From Octopus bimaculoides (lineage: Eukaryota), in assembly GCF_001194135.2 (NCBI RefSeq), contig NC_068998.1:25234814-25298519 (forward strand): a stretch of DNA of 63,706 nucleotides. Reading direction: 5' to 3'. Below, piece after piece: positions 1 through 13,329 of the stretch (positions are counted from its first letter, which is position 1; every line of letters begins with the position of its first letter). A program made the translations under genes and the position numbers. Under the pieces are notes generated by a model. The model was not told the DNA's origin. It saw only the letters and a list, made by a program, of their open reading frames with translations, and ran no database searches.

Positions 1-539
1 AGATCAGAATAGAGTATTCTTTACTCTTAACTGTGAAACGATCGTACTAAATTAACTAAAGGCAAGTGTTTTTTTACTCTTCTCTACTGTTTTTTGTTCT
101 GTGTGTATCAAAAATATCGCTATCAATCTGGAGTAATAATTTGTAGTTTTGAAATCAGTAGTTCTTTGACTGCTATTTCTGAATTCTCAGTATGTTGGAG
201 AAGCAGGTTACTGTCAATCCCTATATATTTATGATTATAAATGTTTTTTACCGAAAAAGGTTTTTTCATACTGAGCTACCCGGCAAAATTGTTAATTATT
301 AATTTTATTACTAATTGACGATTCCCTGCCCTGCATATCTTTATATATATATATATATATATACGATTGTGTATACATATTAGAATTATGTCTATATATC
401 CTCCGAATTATAAGAAAGCAAAGAAATTCTTTGACACACTTTTGATATATACATATACATACATATACACATACATACATGCATAAATTTGTGTGAGAAA
501 GAGTGAGTATATAATGAATTTAATTCGTATTTTATTTTC

Positions 540-1900
540 TATCAGGTTATACAATATACGATAGACCAACAACGACTCTTCACTTATTTCTGTATCCCTT
601 TTGCTCTGCTGTTAATAGATCCTCCTCGAGAAAGCAATGTAATTATATAATGAGGCCAGGTAATAATTTGGTGACTAGTAGTACGTAATGAGGTTTTAAT
701 TACTTCCCTTCCCATTTGTTTATACTTCTGTATTAGTATTGTCCTTCATTTTGTCCTCCACATTAGTGTTCCGTTTTATACTTATTCACTATGAAACTGT
801 TGCATATACGTGTGTATGCTTGCAAGATGTTTAACTCAGAATCTGTACACAACAATAATTTTAAGAGTTTTAAGCATTCTGTCTCATTCTGATCTGTAAT
901 ATCTAATTTTAGTTTGTCGTATTAACTAATTTTTCATTTCACTTTTAAACTTAAGTATCCAAATTACTTGCCAGTTTTGTTGGACCACTTTGCTACAAAT
1001 ATTTGACCCAACGTTCCTAAATGTTTCGTTATTTGTTACATGATTCTCCTGAAGTTTATTTAGTCAATTATTGGTCAAATTCGCTTTGATTGTTTCTGAA
1101 GTTCCCTTTCTGATAGTAGTGATTTCTTCTTTGTTTGTATCAAACATTCCTTACATAATATTGCCTTAATGCTTCGCTTAACAATCTTCTAGCTACCTGC
1201 AATCCTTTATGCGTAACGTTGAACAATTTTGGGAACACATTCCTATGTTATTACTTCACCGTCTACATTATAATTATTGCATTTATTTCTCCAAAAATTT
1301 TTACCATTGTCTTCAAATTGATTCTTAAGACCCTATCACCATCCTAATTATTTCCTTGATTGTTTTCGATTCATGTATTTCTACAGCAACAGAAGTTGTG
1401 CATTATTTGTATTTATTTATATCATCTGTATTCTCAATACCGTGTTTCGAGAATAGCTATCAAATTTCTCTACTGCTTTGCGCATTTTCTCAATTTCGAT
1501 TATTCTCAAATCTGCTCATCTCCTTCGCTTATAAATTCGTACCTCGTTTATGAATTGAATTAAAGTCAGCTGCTCTTCTGTAATATACTTTCCTTCCATG
1601 ATGTTAATTTTTTTCCACCAGTGCTACTATTTCTTTCCTTTCCATGATCTATTGTTCTTTCTATCTCTTACTACCAACATTCCTCTTCTACGTAGCCAAG
1701 TTGTTTTGTTTTATACTTTTCGTTGTTTTGAAGTATTCCTGAATCGTATTTCCACAGGATTACACTAATAGTAATTGAGGACTCTATCGTCACTTTCAGA
1801 CCACTTTCTAATAATCCTTGTTGCATTAACTGGATAACGAATACGTTCATACTACTGTGTTGTATAACTCTTACCGTTTGAGAGATATTTACGACTATTC
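540..1900 (-). mobile_element. Highly degenerate R4/Dong-like (RLE-type) non-LTR retrotransposon, N-terminal to RT-proximal part
   Basis: Minus-strand translation near 560-620 gives LHCFLEEDLLTAEQKGYRNK, resembling the LPEEQKGCR motif just before the RT core in this clade. 1600-1850 gives IIRKWSESDDRVLNYY, resembling the N-terminal region. Many stops and frameshifts. Confidence 0.5.
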
Positions 1901-2028
1901 AATCACATTCACAGAGTTGTGAAGATAATTTTAGTTACAATTTAACCCACAAAGGGGATTATGCTTTTAAGACACTACAACCACCAGAGACTTTATCGAA
2001 ACACCATCTACTGCAGAATGCTGTCCAA

Positions 2029-2258
2029 AGGCGGTGACCTGGCAGAAACGTTAGCAAGCTGGGCGAAATGCTTAGCGGTATTTCGTCTGCCGATACGTTC
2101 TGAATTCAAATTCAGCCGAGGTCGACTTTGCCTTTCATCCTTTCGGGGTCGATAAATTAACAGTTACGCACTGGGGTCGATGTAATCGACTTATCCACTT
2201 TGTCTGTCCTTGTTTGTCTCCTCTATGTTTAGCCTTTCGTTGGCAATAAAGAAATAAA
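2029..2258 (+). mobile_element. tRNA-derived SINE, family A, full length
   Basis: A-box-like TGGCAGAAACGTTAG, B-box GAATTCAAATTC, body GGTCGACTTTGCCTTTCATCCTTTCGGGGTCGATAAA and A-rich tail. Several homologous copies occur elsewhere in the window. Confidence 0.9.
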
Positions 2259-5200
2259 AAAAGAAATAAGAATGCTGGCCAAAGCTAAAGTGACCCTCCC
2301 CTTTCTTATTTTTTCTTTTGTTGTTGTTGTTGTTGTTGTCTTTGTGAACTTCAGCCCGAAAATGTTGACTTCGATTGTTTACGGTGACGAAGAAATTATC
2401 GTTATTACTATTGTTACCGTCATGAACAGGTAGTACAGTTTGCGCGGATTACTAATGGCAATAACGAAAGAATATATCATTGATTTTCAACATACGCGCA
2501 AACACATTATTCAGACTTAGTTTGTGACTTGAACACGAAACATACGAAACTGCACAGGATTTTCCATCACTCTACTGTTTCTTGCACGTAGCTCTCTTTT
2601 CATCATGTTAAATATTGTGAATACTCTTCCAACATGACCCAATCCACGCAGCAATTTTCATTGTACTATTCCATTTGGATTAAAAAGTAAACGATATTGA
2701 ACTGTTGATTAAATATCAGCTCGATGCTACTAGCATCCATTTAGATTTCAAGATGTTTTATTTCTCAAACAGATTATATGTAAAACTCCACGTTATTGCA
2801 TACAAAGATGAATGCAGTGAGCGGGACTTTACTAAATTTATTGTCTTCCAATAAATCGATAATAACAACTTTCTTTCACATGTGTGGTATACGGTATCCT
2901 TCTAAATATAAAACCTCCGGTGTTTGCTAGATTTGTATACGGCACTGTAGTGTTTACTGAACTGAATTGCATTCATTCGTAATGCCAAGTCCGAACAAAA
3001 CAGGATAAAGAAGGCAGATTAAGAATTGTTATTGTGAACTGCATGTTAATGTAAGATAACAAACACACATGTACTCCATTGATATTTAAGATTACTGTCT
3101 TCTCATCTTAATTGTATATAGCATCTATTTAATCCATAACGCAATCTTGTATAACCTCTAGAGACCATGAAGACAATATTGCTAACATATTCCAGTAATG
3201 GATGTTTTAATACATACTTAGTTTATCGAATGTTTCTTCTTTGTTGAAATCACACTGGGAAATAATGAGAAGTCCATGTCTTCAATGTTAATCAGATAAA
3301 TACGAATATTAAGTATTGGTAGTTTAATCGATTATTTCTACTTACGAAACAATGCCGTTTGGCTCGGTCCAAATAAATCAATAATTATTTTGTAATTTAG
3401 ATAACTGAAATAGGTACACTCCTACTTATAGGTTTTAGTGTCTGATTATTTTACTACTATATGCTGCAAGTTAAAATTTTTAACAGCTGTAATCTTAAAG
3501 TCAAAGACTGTATGATGTTAAAAAACGACCTTTAAAAACGTTTGTCATGCCAAAGTAAAAACGTTATATCTGAACAGGCAGTAACAAGTGAGATGCAGAA
3601 ATTCATTTCTCCAGGCACCATAACACGTAACGTATCAATGCTGTGGTAAACCTTTGATATTTAAAGTTAGAGAAATATATTCATCTTCTGCATCGGCAAC
3701 TGGTAAAACAAGAGTTCAAACTATGGAGCTCTAAATTTATTCTACTGTCTGAACTCTTTGTAATACGTTTCATAGCATATCACTGAAGCACAATAAACCA
3801 TTGTCTATTTGGGATGCGATGCAGTCTAGCGTCAGCTCATTGTGACGTCTCAAATCAGCGATCCAATCCTAATTCTCCTTCAGAGCATCAAAACTTATAA
3901 TGTTAATGATAAAAGGCTTCAAAATCACTATATCCCTTTTCTACTCGCTAACCATTTTCCAGTTTCGTAACTCTTAATGAAATTCAGTATTTCTAGAATG
4001 AGCTAGCGTATTACAATTTATATCCGACAATGTGTTGAGTAATCTTTCCTGCCAAAATATATCATTTGTATCCCGCAATATGAAGAGAATTTGAAAGATT
4101 CGCAGTAAAATACTCTCCCTTGTAAACTTGGCAAATTAAAAAAAAATTTCGATGCTGAGCCTTGAACTTGTCAAAACTTCTACATCCAATTAATTTACTT
4201 CATATCTGCAAAGTTGATACATCAATAGATGTATGGAAAATTCCTAGATTTATATTGAACTTTATGATCGAGGTTGAATTGTTTCATATATTAATTGCTT
4301 TCAGTTGATAAATATATTTGCCATGATAATTAGAAATGCTATTAATTATATGTAATTCATTAACCAGTTTAATATGTATATGATTATCACTCTGTGATGG
4401 TCGCGTCTCAAAATGTGAAGCAGTAAGCGAATACAGCCATGAATACAAGGCTGTATTTGGGAAATTCTCAATGTTTGAGTTTATATTTAGTTGTCTATAT
4501 CATAAAATCTAGGTGAGTACATAAAAGCTACTATTTTCACATATACATTTGTAACGGATAAACTTTCATAACATACATTGTAACATTCGAACTGATAGGT
4601 CAATAGGCATATTGATTGAAGTAGCGCTTCAACGATGTCATCAAAACAGAGATTAGATTGTTGACACACAGATATGTTTTACGGGCTTAACATAGATATT
4701 GGACGGCAAAGAGAGTGCTTCATATATAAGAGGAAAGAACAGGGAACTTGATTGATGAGAAAGGAATGTACTTAAATGATATTCGTATATGTATAAAACG
4801 CGGAGAAGGAGATTGGTGATCCGGTTGCATACAAAATTCCATCTGGAGAATAAGAAAAATTTCTATAGATTTTGAAGGAATATTGTGTTCAGTGCGCAAT
4901 GCTGAGTGATCCGTTCAAACTATTCGAGATTTCATTTGCCAATACGCCTGCCTGTAAACATGTGACATTGTTAAATGTGCATGTACCAATGATGGTGGTG
5001 AGGATGATGTAGAATCACAAGTGTATTCTCAATATACAGGGTTCAGTTCAATTCTGTTTTTCAACTTGAAACGAAGCGTACGAAATATTTGCGAGACATG
5101 TTAGTTTGTGTGAGCACATAAAATGCAAATCATGGAATGTACCGCAAGGAGTGAAGGACATGAAGAGCAAAGAAATTTTGAAATCCTGAGGTTTATTGAG

Positions 5201-7024
5201 GGATATAGTAGACATTAGGTTAAAACATTGTTATAAAACCAAACATAGTATATGGAAATGAGAATTAAATAGTTTTATATGTTCTTTTAAATACGGATGG
5301 ACCCGAATCACGAAAAATAATCATTCAAAATGTATAAGCTTACACACACAAACACAAACACACACACACACATATGTATATATGTGTGTGTGTGTGTGTG
5401 TGTATGCGTGTGTGTATGTGTGTGTATATGTGTGTGTGTGTGAGGTGTGTATGTGAGTAATTATTAAGTTTGAAAATGGAGAAATTTAATGGATATAAAT
5501 TATTAAATCAATTAATTATCATTGCCTACAATTGTTTCATTTCATACACAATTTAAATTACAAAACATATATAATTACATAAGTTTGCATTCGAAAATAT
5601 CGTAGATGGAACGTCTTGAAAGCATGAGAAACGACATTTCAGAAATTACATTTTGACCGGTTGAAATACTCCAATATATNNNNNNNNNNNNNNNNNNNNN
5701 NNNNNNNNNNNNNNNNNNNNNNNNNNNNNNNNNNNNNNNNNNNNNNNNNNNNNNNNNTATATATATATATATATATGTGTGTGTATGTATGTATGTATAT
5801 AAGTATGTATGTATGTATGTATGTATGCATGTATGTATGCATGTATGTATGTATGCATACGTGTCTATTCAAATGTTAAAAGGAAATCGTTATTCCAAAA
5901 AATTATGTCAACAATGTTAAAAAGAACTCAAATTAACGTGCAAAACACATCATGTCAACAGTATTACTGGAGAAACGTTGTTATTCCCAATATACTATAA
6001 TTTGAAAATGCTTTCTCCAAAAAATGCAATAGCTCGCTGAGAAAAAAAAATCAAAAATATCTTTTACAGGATATATCTTTTTCGCATCGCTGTCTTCATA
6101 CAATTAATCCAAGGCCATTTAGTGTTATCTCAATTTTAAGGTAACTATGTAGATTTCAAATGCTGACTCATCCATTTGTATCTCATCACGGACCGTCTTT
6201 CCACCTCAAACTTCTTTTCATATCAACTTGTTCCAGACAGTTCATTAACTGGTCAAAGCCGCACCAATTATCTTCTATAACTAGCAGCAAGATGATTTAA
6301 AATCATCCGTTCAAATGTTTCATCCGGTAAATAAAGCCCCTGTTTTAATTGAAAAAAGATCTAAGGGATAATTTTGCTGATAGCAGCATATTGAATGAAC
6401 AAGACCAAGTCACACGACAAACTAGAAATCGCAAGAATATCTCTGATATATCTCAACATTCTATTTTACAAATGAAAAGCCATATTGGATAGTATACTTC
6501 TTGATACAGAATTTCTAAATATGAATTATTCACTCACATCTTGACTCCTATTGAGTTTGATTTTGATCAAATGTAGATGACCGATGCTAAATAATAACAA
6601 TAACAAAGTAGCTCATAATTTTGTTGTTGTTAATTTTGTATATATATATATTTATTTATTTATTTATGCATAAAAAATTTCATCGGTTTTGAGACTGAAA
6701 TTTAGTCAGAATTTTTCAAGTGAGGTCCCTGATTGTGACTGCCAAATATTCATTTGGAATAAAATTGATAGAAATTCGTTGATCAAACAAATAATATAGA
6801 TAGCGATGGCATGTTTATATTCCCCAACTTCAACACATAAATACTAGAAGTAGTTCGGATTTGATTAGAATATATGTCCTCCGCTGACAATTTCAGTAAA
6901 GTACAATGGTAGATTTCTTAAGTCATGTAAGCTAGAATAGTCTGCTTTTAATAATACCATATCCAATACGAGTTTGCAGAGTTATTACTCATACACATAT
7001 TTTCGTTACTAAATATTCACTTAG

Positions 7025-7171
7025 AGTTATTCAAGTCTGGCTGTATTACAAGAAATCAGTCGAAATTGTTCCTTGCTTGGGAATGCTAGAAGCGTTTCGA
7101 ATTATTGGAGAATCAGAGAGTATAATCGATGCTATAGAACATTCAATTTCGCCCTGAGTAGTCATCTAAAG
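7025..7171 (+). CDS. Candidate exon 1 of a hypothetical glycoprotein/mucin-like gene
   Basis: Acceptor cacttag|, open frame SYSSLAVLQEISRNCSLLGNARSVSNYWRIREYNRCYRTFNFALSSHLK, donor AAG|gtaaat (phase 0). No homology recognised, and a second frame is also open here. Confidence 0.22.
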
Positions 7172-7375
7172 GTAAATATAGAAGGAGATAACATTGACTC
7201 CGATGTGATGTGTAAACTTTCAGTGAAGGCTTTAAACTTTCCATCAAGGATTTCTTAGATGTACTTGATTGGCGGACTGAACTAGTCGTGCATATGACTA
7301 TTTTGTAGATGATATGATACTATACGCAGTGACTATGATCACTATGAAGAAACATTTTTATCATCAAATATATAG

Positions 7376-7500
7376 AGGCAAAGTTTCGGTTATGATACAG
7401 TTAGCTATCATTCGTGTCGAGTGACAGCTCCATCAACAGGATGCTGGTTTCTCCAATGTGAGACGATAAATGCTACAGTAACTCATGAATGGAGGCAAAG
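7376..7500 (+). CDS. Candidate exon 2 of the same hypothetical gene
   Basis: Acceptor atatag| (phase 0), RQSFGYDTVSYHSCRVTAPSTGCWFLQCETINATVTHEWRQ, donor AG|gtattc (phase 2). Both splice sites are weak. Confidence 0.27.
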
Positions 7501-7794
7501 GTATTCTGCGATAACATTTTAAAAGAATACATTGCATGCTGAAGTGCATACACATATGCATAAACATCGTCCTATATTATAAAGTTGAATAGCAAGAAGT
7601 CAATGACTAGATCCTCATAAACCTGCCGGTACTAATGTTTGGTTCTAACAAGAGATTTGAGGGTTTTGCAATCACTAATAACTTAGTTTCATACAACCAG
7701 GAAGGACACAACTAATTAGAAAATTATTTTTAAAAATCCATTTGAGAGACTGGGAAAATACGCCAAGTTCACACATCTGATCCATGTAGTTCAG

Positions 7795-7939
7795 ACATCT
7801 GGTCCATGGCGACATCTTCTCTTCTGAGTTAGAGCAAAACAATAAAAATACTACAGCTAAATCTGCTACTACTAATTTTTCTTGTGCTATAAATGCAACA
7901 AAAACTCCTCCTACTACTACTACTACTACTACCACTACA

Positions 7940-7998
<59 letters not shown>

Positions 7999-8105
7999 TA
8001 CTACTTCTGCTGCTGCTACAACTACCACTACTTCTGCTGCTGCTGCTACAACTACTACTACTTCTGCTGCTGCTGCTACAACTACTACTACTTCTGCTGC
8101 TGTTG

Positions 8106-8160
<55 letters not shown>

Positions 8161-8215
8161 AGTCACTGCTGCTACTGTCACTTACCCACTCGCTTCGTCT
8201 TCAAATCTTTTCTGA
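7795..8215 (+). CDS. Candidate terminal exon encoding a Thr/Ser/Ala-rich mucin-like tract
   Basis: Acceptor ttcag| (phase 2). Reads HLVHGDIFSSELEQNNKNTTAKSATTNFSCAINATKTPP, poly-Thr with (T5-S-A3-4) repeats, then VTAATVTYPLASSSNLF and a stop at 8213-8215. This frame is absent from the ORF track because it has no start codon. Confidence 0.33.
7911..8160. repeat. Compound (ACT)n/(GCT)n microsatellite with a ~30-nt higher-order unit
   Basis: Directly visible. The unit ACAACTACTACTACTTCTGCTGCTGCTGCT is repeated about 3-4 times between pure ACT runs. Confidence 0.95.
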
Positions 8216-8309
8216 ATACAATATCATTCGATTATAATGAGAACGAAGGTTGCGGGCCCGAAGAACCATTAGCGCATCGGACAAACTGCATCGCAACATT
8301 TATTGTAGT

Positions 8310-8410
8310 TTGTTTTCGTTCTGAATTCAAATCTCGCAGTGTCTGATTTTGCCGTTCATTCTTTGGGGGTCTACAAAATAAAGTACCTATCAAATACTAG
8401 GACTATTGTA
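8310..8410 (+). mobile_element. Degenerate 5'-truncated SINE family A fragment
   Basis: GTTCTGAATTCAAATCTCGC...TTTGCCGTTCATTCTTTGGGGGTCTACAAAATAAAGTACC aligns by eye to the body of the 2029-2258 copy. Confidence 0.6.
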
Positions 8411-9413
8411 ATTCACATACCCTTCCCATAAAATTTCTGTCCTTTCTGTAAAAATTTGCAACCATTATAAGTAAAATGGTTTTTCCACTCTGTTTTAATA
8501 TTCATAAGTGACAAAACACACACACAAACACACGCGCACACGCACACATACACATACACATACAGACACACACACGCATACATAAGCACACGCAGAGAAA
8601 AGTTGAAAAACAAAGAACAGAGATTAAACAATGTAGACTGTGTTGTAAATGTGTTTAAAAGTTTTAATTATAACAAAAAACTGATAAAAAAGTAGTGGAC
8701 TCATATAACCTAAAATGCCGTAGGCAATTTAAATCAGATTCTTTACACGAATGAAGAATATTATTTTTGACATTTGAAGAGAAATGTAAAAGACACGTAT
8801 CAGTGAAAGAAAGGAAATTTTCGTGAATGAACATGGAAGATTACAGAAAGAAATATCGTAGCTTGTTTTCTGCCTACGAACAAGTGATTAGTAGAAAGAT
8901 TCTTAAAAAGCAAACATTGAGAATAAAAAAGAAAAAATGAAAACTGGAAGATAGGAAATATCAGAAGCGTTGCAAAATAGATGAAAGTATCAAATTAGCA
9001 AGCTTGTATAACATAATACAGAACAAAATGCGAGACGTTAGCGAAAAATGCGCAGAGGGATTAGTGGGTAATACGGATTCAAGGTGAATGGAAAATGGAA
9101 CTCACACAAACCCGAAACTATTATTGAAAATGTATGATGTAACATCTAGCGGGATTTATCAGTACACAATGACCGTGTAATAAAGACATGGACGCCATGA
9201 TATAAAGCTTCCAGGGAAAGAATTGAATTATCATATGCGATGAAAAATCAGTATGAAACTCAAAACACAAAAGTAAAATGCAATGCATTTGTATCAGACC
9301 AGAATTATGAGCTGCATATATAAATGAAATGCGCAGTAATATATGCAAGATGGGGAAAATACAACAGATAAGGGACACAGGCTTTCTTCCCTTGTGGCTA
9401 TATTCTCAAGTTT

Positions 9414-9475
<62 letters not shown>

Positions 9476-10119
9476 NNNNNNNNNNNNNNNNNNNNNNNNN
9501 NNNNNNNNNNNNNNNNNNNNNNNNNNNNNNNNNNNNNNNNNNNNNNNNNNNNNNNNNNNNNNNNNNNNNNNNNNNNNNNNNNNNNNNNNNNNNNNNNNNN
9601 NNNNNNNNNNNNNNNNNNNNNNNNNNNNNNNNNNNNNNNNNNNNNNNNNNNNNNNNNNNNNNNNNNNNNNNNNNNNNNNNNNNNNNNNNNNNNNNNNNNN
9701 NNNNNNNNNNNNGTGTGTGTGTGTGTGTGTGTGGGTGTGTGTTTGTGTGTATGTGGGTGTTTGTGTGTATGTATGTATGTATGTATGTATGTATGTATGT
9801 ATGTGTGTATGTATGTACGTATGCATGTATGTATGTATGTATTAAAATATATATGTACTTAAGAATGCAAAGACGGTTGAGAATTTGGCACGGGATCAGC
9901 AATTGTTAAGGAAAGGGTTAACCGATATTATATTTAAAGATTCGGAAGAGATACCACTGTGAAATTGTCCAACATGGTAAAGATATTGCCATCTCACCGC
10001 CTTATTTCCGTTGGAAAAAAAGTATGCAGTTGCAGGTACTGGTGCTGCTACTGTTATTACTACTACTACCTCCATCACATATATATAATATTAATAATAC
10101 TACCTACACCACCACCACC

Positions 10120-10200
10120 AAGAAGAAGAAGAAGAAGAAGAAGAAGAAGAAGAAGAAGAAGAAGAAGAAGAAGAAGAAGAAGAAGAAGAAGAAGAAGAAG
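10120..10200. repeat. (AAG)n microsatellite, ~27 units
   Basis: Directly visible; abuts the 5' truncation point of the downstream R4-like fragment. Confidence 0.98.
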
Positions 10201-11400
10201 ATTCGGATAAACTAAAAGAAGGCCTTTGTTAGTCTTCTTCACAGTCGGATACATGAGTGCTTGGAAATGTTCAAAATAACACCAGTAATCAGAAATTGTG
10301 TGTATCATTCACGAGGTTCTGGAAAACGACATTAAATCTCAACACTGACACCACAAATATAAATGCTGAGCAACTCAATATTAATTTTGGAATCTTTCAA
10401 GGAGACTCATTATCTCCTTCGTAATTCTGTTTAACGATGTTTCCTCTTAGTAAACCCCTGAATGAAACAAATTATGGATACAGGGTTTTTGGTAAAACAA
10501 CTAATCTTCTCTTCTATATGGAAGACTTAAATCTGTTCGGAAAAGCACTTCTCACGAATGAGAGTAAAGATAAGAAAGAAAACTGAGAGCCATTATGAAA
10601 TCAGTGTTAAATACTAGAAACAAAATCCAAGCTATAAAACATTGACCACGCTTGTAACCACATATCACTTTTATATTTTTAACTGGTCCCTTTCTGAGAT
10701 CAGCAGAGTTGATGTCAAAATACGAAATCTGATAGCAATGCATCATAAAACATAGAAGGACTAAGATATACATCCCGAGAAAGAAAGGCATCCTGGGTTC
10801 TCGACTCTCATTGAAAATATTAACCGTGAGACTTTCAACCGACGTACAACGAACAGAAATGCGACTAGATGAATCAGTAGTCGCAGAAAAAGCTGACCTC
10901 AACAGACAAATCAAAAGAAATAAAGAGCATAGCCAAAGAAACCACCCTCAAGTATATTAAAGAGGAATGGAATAAAGGGATATAGCATGGCAAATACCCG
11001 ACTAGAAAATGGGATCTTAGTGGTTGTCATGCACTGGTTTCAAACCAGAAACAGAGATTTAAATCATTGCTGCTCAAGACCAGTTCCTTCCAGCTAGGAA
11101 TTATTAGTAAAGTCTTGAAATATGAAAGCAGCTGAACACGCCGCATATGCAAGAGTACCCTAATACAGCCTCCGACTTAGTCTCTTGACGCATCAGATTG
11201 GTTACCAACAGAATGCTAGCAGTCTATACATACAGTGGTCAATATGCCGCACATACAACCTCCCTCATAAAAACAATTCGTCGGAACACAAGCTACCACA
11301 AGTTGCCCAGAAAGCCGAGGTTGCCATCCTTTGGGATTTCATTTAGTCACCCCGACTGCCCCAGATTAAGCGAATTGCAAAGATCATACTTATGACCACC
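10201..11400 (+). mobile_element. 5'-truncated, degenerate R4/Dong-like retrotransposon (RT core and thumb)
   Basis: KKAFVSLLHSRIHECLEMFKI (KAFDS motif). GIFQGDSLSPS*FCLTMFPLS and LLFYMEDLNLFGK (YMDD-like). KPETEI*IIAAQDQFLPARNY. Confidence 0.88.
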
Positions 11401-11566
11401 TCACATATTCCACATAAACTCCTCTCCATGTTAAATGCTTCCTTACGCATCTGGGTTATTTTTCCTCCCACGATCATCAATGTTTTCAGTTGCATGGCGA
11501 TTCACCTGTGAACATATTCAGATGCAAAATCTTGTTGTCCCTTGACGTTCCTGATTTGGGTGCAAA

Positions 11567-11569
<3 letters not shown>

Positions 11570-11631
<62 letters not shown>

Positions 11632-11679
11632 AATATTAATATTACAATTGTTATTATCATAATAATAATAACAATAATG

Positions 11680-11754
<75 letters not shown>
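11570..11754. repeat. Juxtaposed (ATT)n and (AAT)n arrays (imperfect palindrome)
   Basis: About 60 bp of (ATT)n, an AT-only spacer, then about 95 bp of (AAT)n, which is its reverse complement. Confidence 0.95.
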
Positions 11755-11755
<1 letters not shown>

Positions 11756-11870
11756 CAGCAGATGACAACGTTTCTCTAAAAGAAATGGAAAAACTTTCAA
11801 AATACAAAGACCTGGAAATAGAGATAACTCGAATGTGGAATCTAAAAACAGAAACAATTCCTATCATAGT
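11754..11870 (+). mobile_element. R4/Dong-like 3' fragment (restriction-like endonuclease C-terminus), runs into gap
   Basis: PADDNVSLKEMEKLSKYKDLEIEITRMWNLKTETIPII; closely similar at DNA level to the minus strand of ~32840-32950. Confidence 0.88.
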
Positions 11871-12812
11871 NNNNNNNNNNNNNNNNNNNNNNNNNNNNNN
11901 NNNNNNNNNNNNNNNNNNNNNNNNNNNNNNNNNNNNNNNNNNNNNNNNNNNNNNNNNNNNNNNNNNNNNNNNNNNNNNNNNNNNNNNNNNNNNNNNNNNN
12001 NNNNNNNNNNNNNNNNNNNNNNNNNNNNNNNNNNNNNNNNNNNNNNNNNNNNNNNNNNNNNNNNNNNNNNNNNNNNNNNNNNNNNNNNNNNNNNNNNNNN
12101 NNNNNNNNNNNNNNNNNNNNNNNNNNNNNNNNNNNNNNNNNNNNNNNNNNNNNNNNNNNNNNNNNNNNNNNNNNNNNNNNNNNNNNNNNNNNNNNNNNNN
12201 NNNNNNNNNNNNNNNNNNNNNNNNNNNNNNNNNNNNNNNNNNNNNNNNNNNNNNNNNNNNNNNNNNNNNNNNNNNNNNNNNNNNNNNNNNNNNNNNNNNN
12301 NNNNNNNNNNNNNNNNNNNNNNNNNNNNNNNNNNNNNNNNNNNNNNNNNNNNNNNNNNNNNNNNNNNNNNNNNNNNNNNNNNNNNNNNNNNNNNNNNNNN
12401 NNNNNNNNNNNNNNNNNNNNNNNNNNNNNNNNNNNNNNNNNNNNNNNNNNNNNNNNNNNNNNNNNNNNNNNNNNNNNNNNNNNNNNNNNNNNNNNNNNNN
12501 NNNNNNNNNNNNNNNNNNNNNNNNNNNNNNNNNNNNNNNNNNNNNNNNNNNNNNNNNNNNNNNNNNNNNNNNNNNNNNNNNNNNNNNNNNNNNNNNNNNN
12601 NNNNNNNNNNNNNNNNNNNNNNNNNNNNNNNNNNNNNNNNNNNNNNNNNNNNNNNNNNNNNNNNNNNNNNNNNNNNNNNNNNNNNNNNNNNNNNNNNNNN
12701 NNNNNNNNNNNNNNNNNNNNNNNNNNNNNNNNNNNNNNNNNNNNNNNNNNNNNNNNNNNNNNNNNNNNNNNNNNNNNNNNNNNNNNNNNNNNNNNNNNNN
12801 NNNNNNNNNNNN

Positions 12813-12955
12813 TATATTTGCTCAGTTTTTGGTAGGTCTTGACAGATACGTTTATATCGATTGGGACAGTCATATCAATGAGGAGGCATGATTTTTGTCT
12901 GAAGTCTTTCAGTATGATGTCTGGCCTATTTGCGTCTATCTTTCTGTCAGTTTGA
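12813..12955 (-). mobile_element. R4/Dong-like 3' fragment (RLE PD-(D/E)xK region), runs into gap
   Basis: QTDRKIDANRPDIILKDFRQKSCLLIDMTVPIDINVSVKTYQKLSKY; preceded on its own strand by (AAT)n at 12956-13012. Confidence 0.88.
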
Positions 12956-13012
<57 letters not shown>

Positions 13013-13329
13013 GCACCCAAAGGTGTTTGAAGGTCTCACCCAAAGATTGATAGACCAGGCCGGGCAATTCATATAAATGAAATTTAGGGAAAAACAAAAG
13101 ATGAACAGGAAGAGCGTGAAACAATAATACCAAAAAGTGACAGTGAAGTGGGTAAGAGATGGAGAAAATGAAAAAAGAAGGAGGTCTCTATGTGACTGAT
13201 GAAGTAAACGATGAATATGATCTTGCTCTACAATACTGAAACGATAACGGGAAGCAGATTCTAGAAATGCTGCTAGGTAAATTACGGGGTATGAACAATG
13301 AAATCCTCGAAATGTAAAGTATATGAATA

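Noticed and set aside
13196-13250. CTGATGA-AGTA...TACT-GAAAC hammerhead-like core
   Set aside because: There is no UH triplet after the putative stem III (CGATAACG is followed by GG) and no stem I complementarity.
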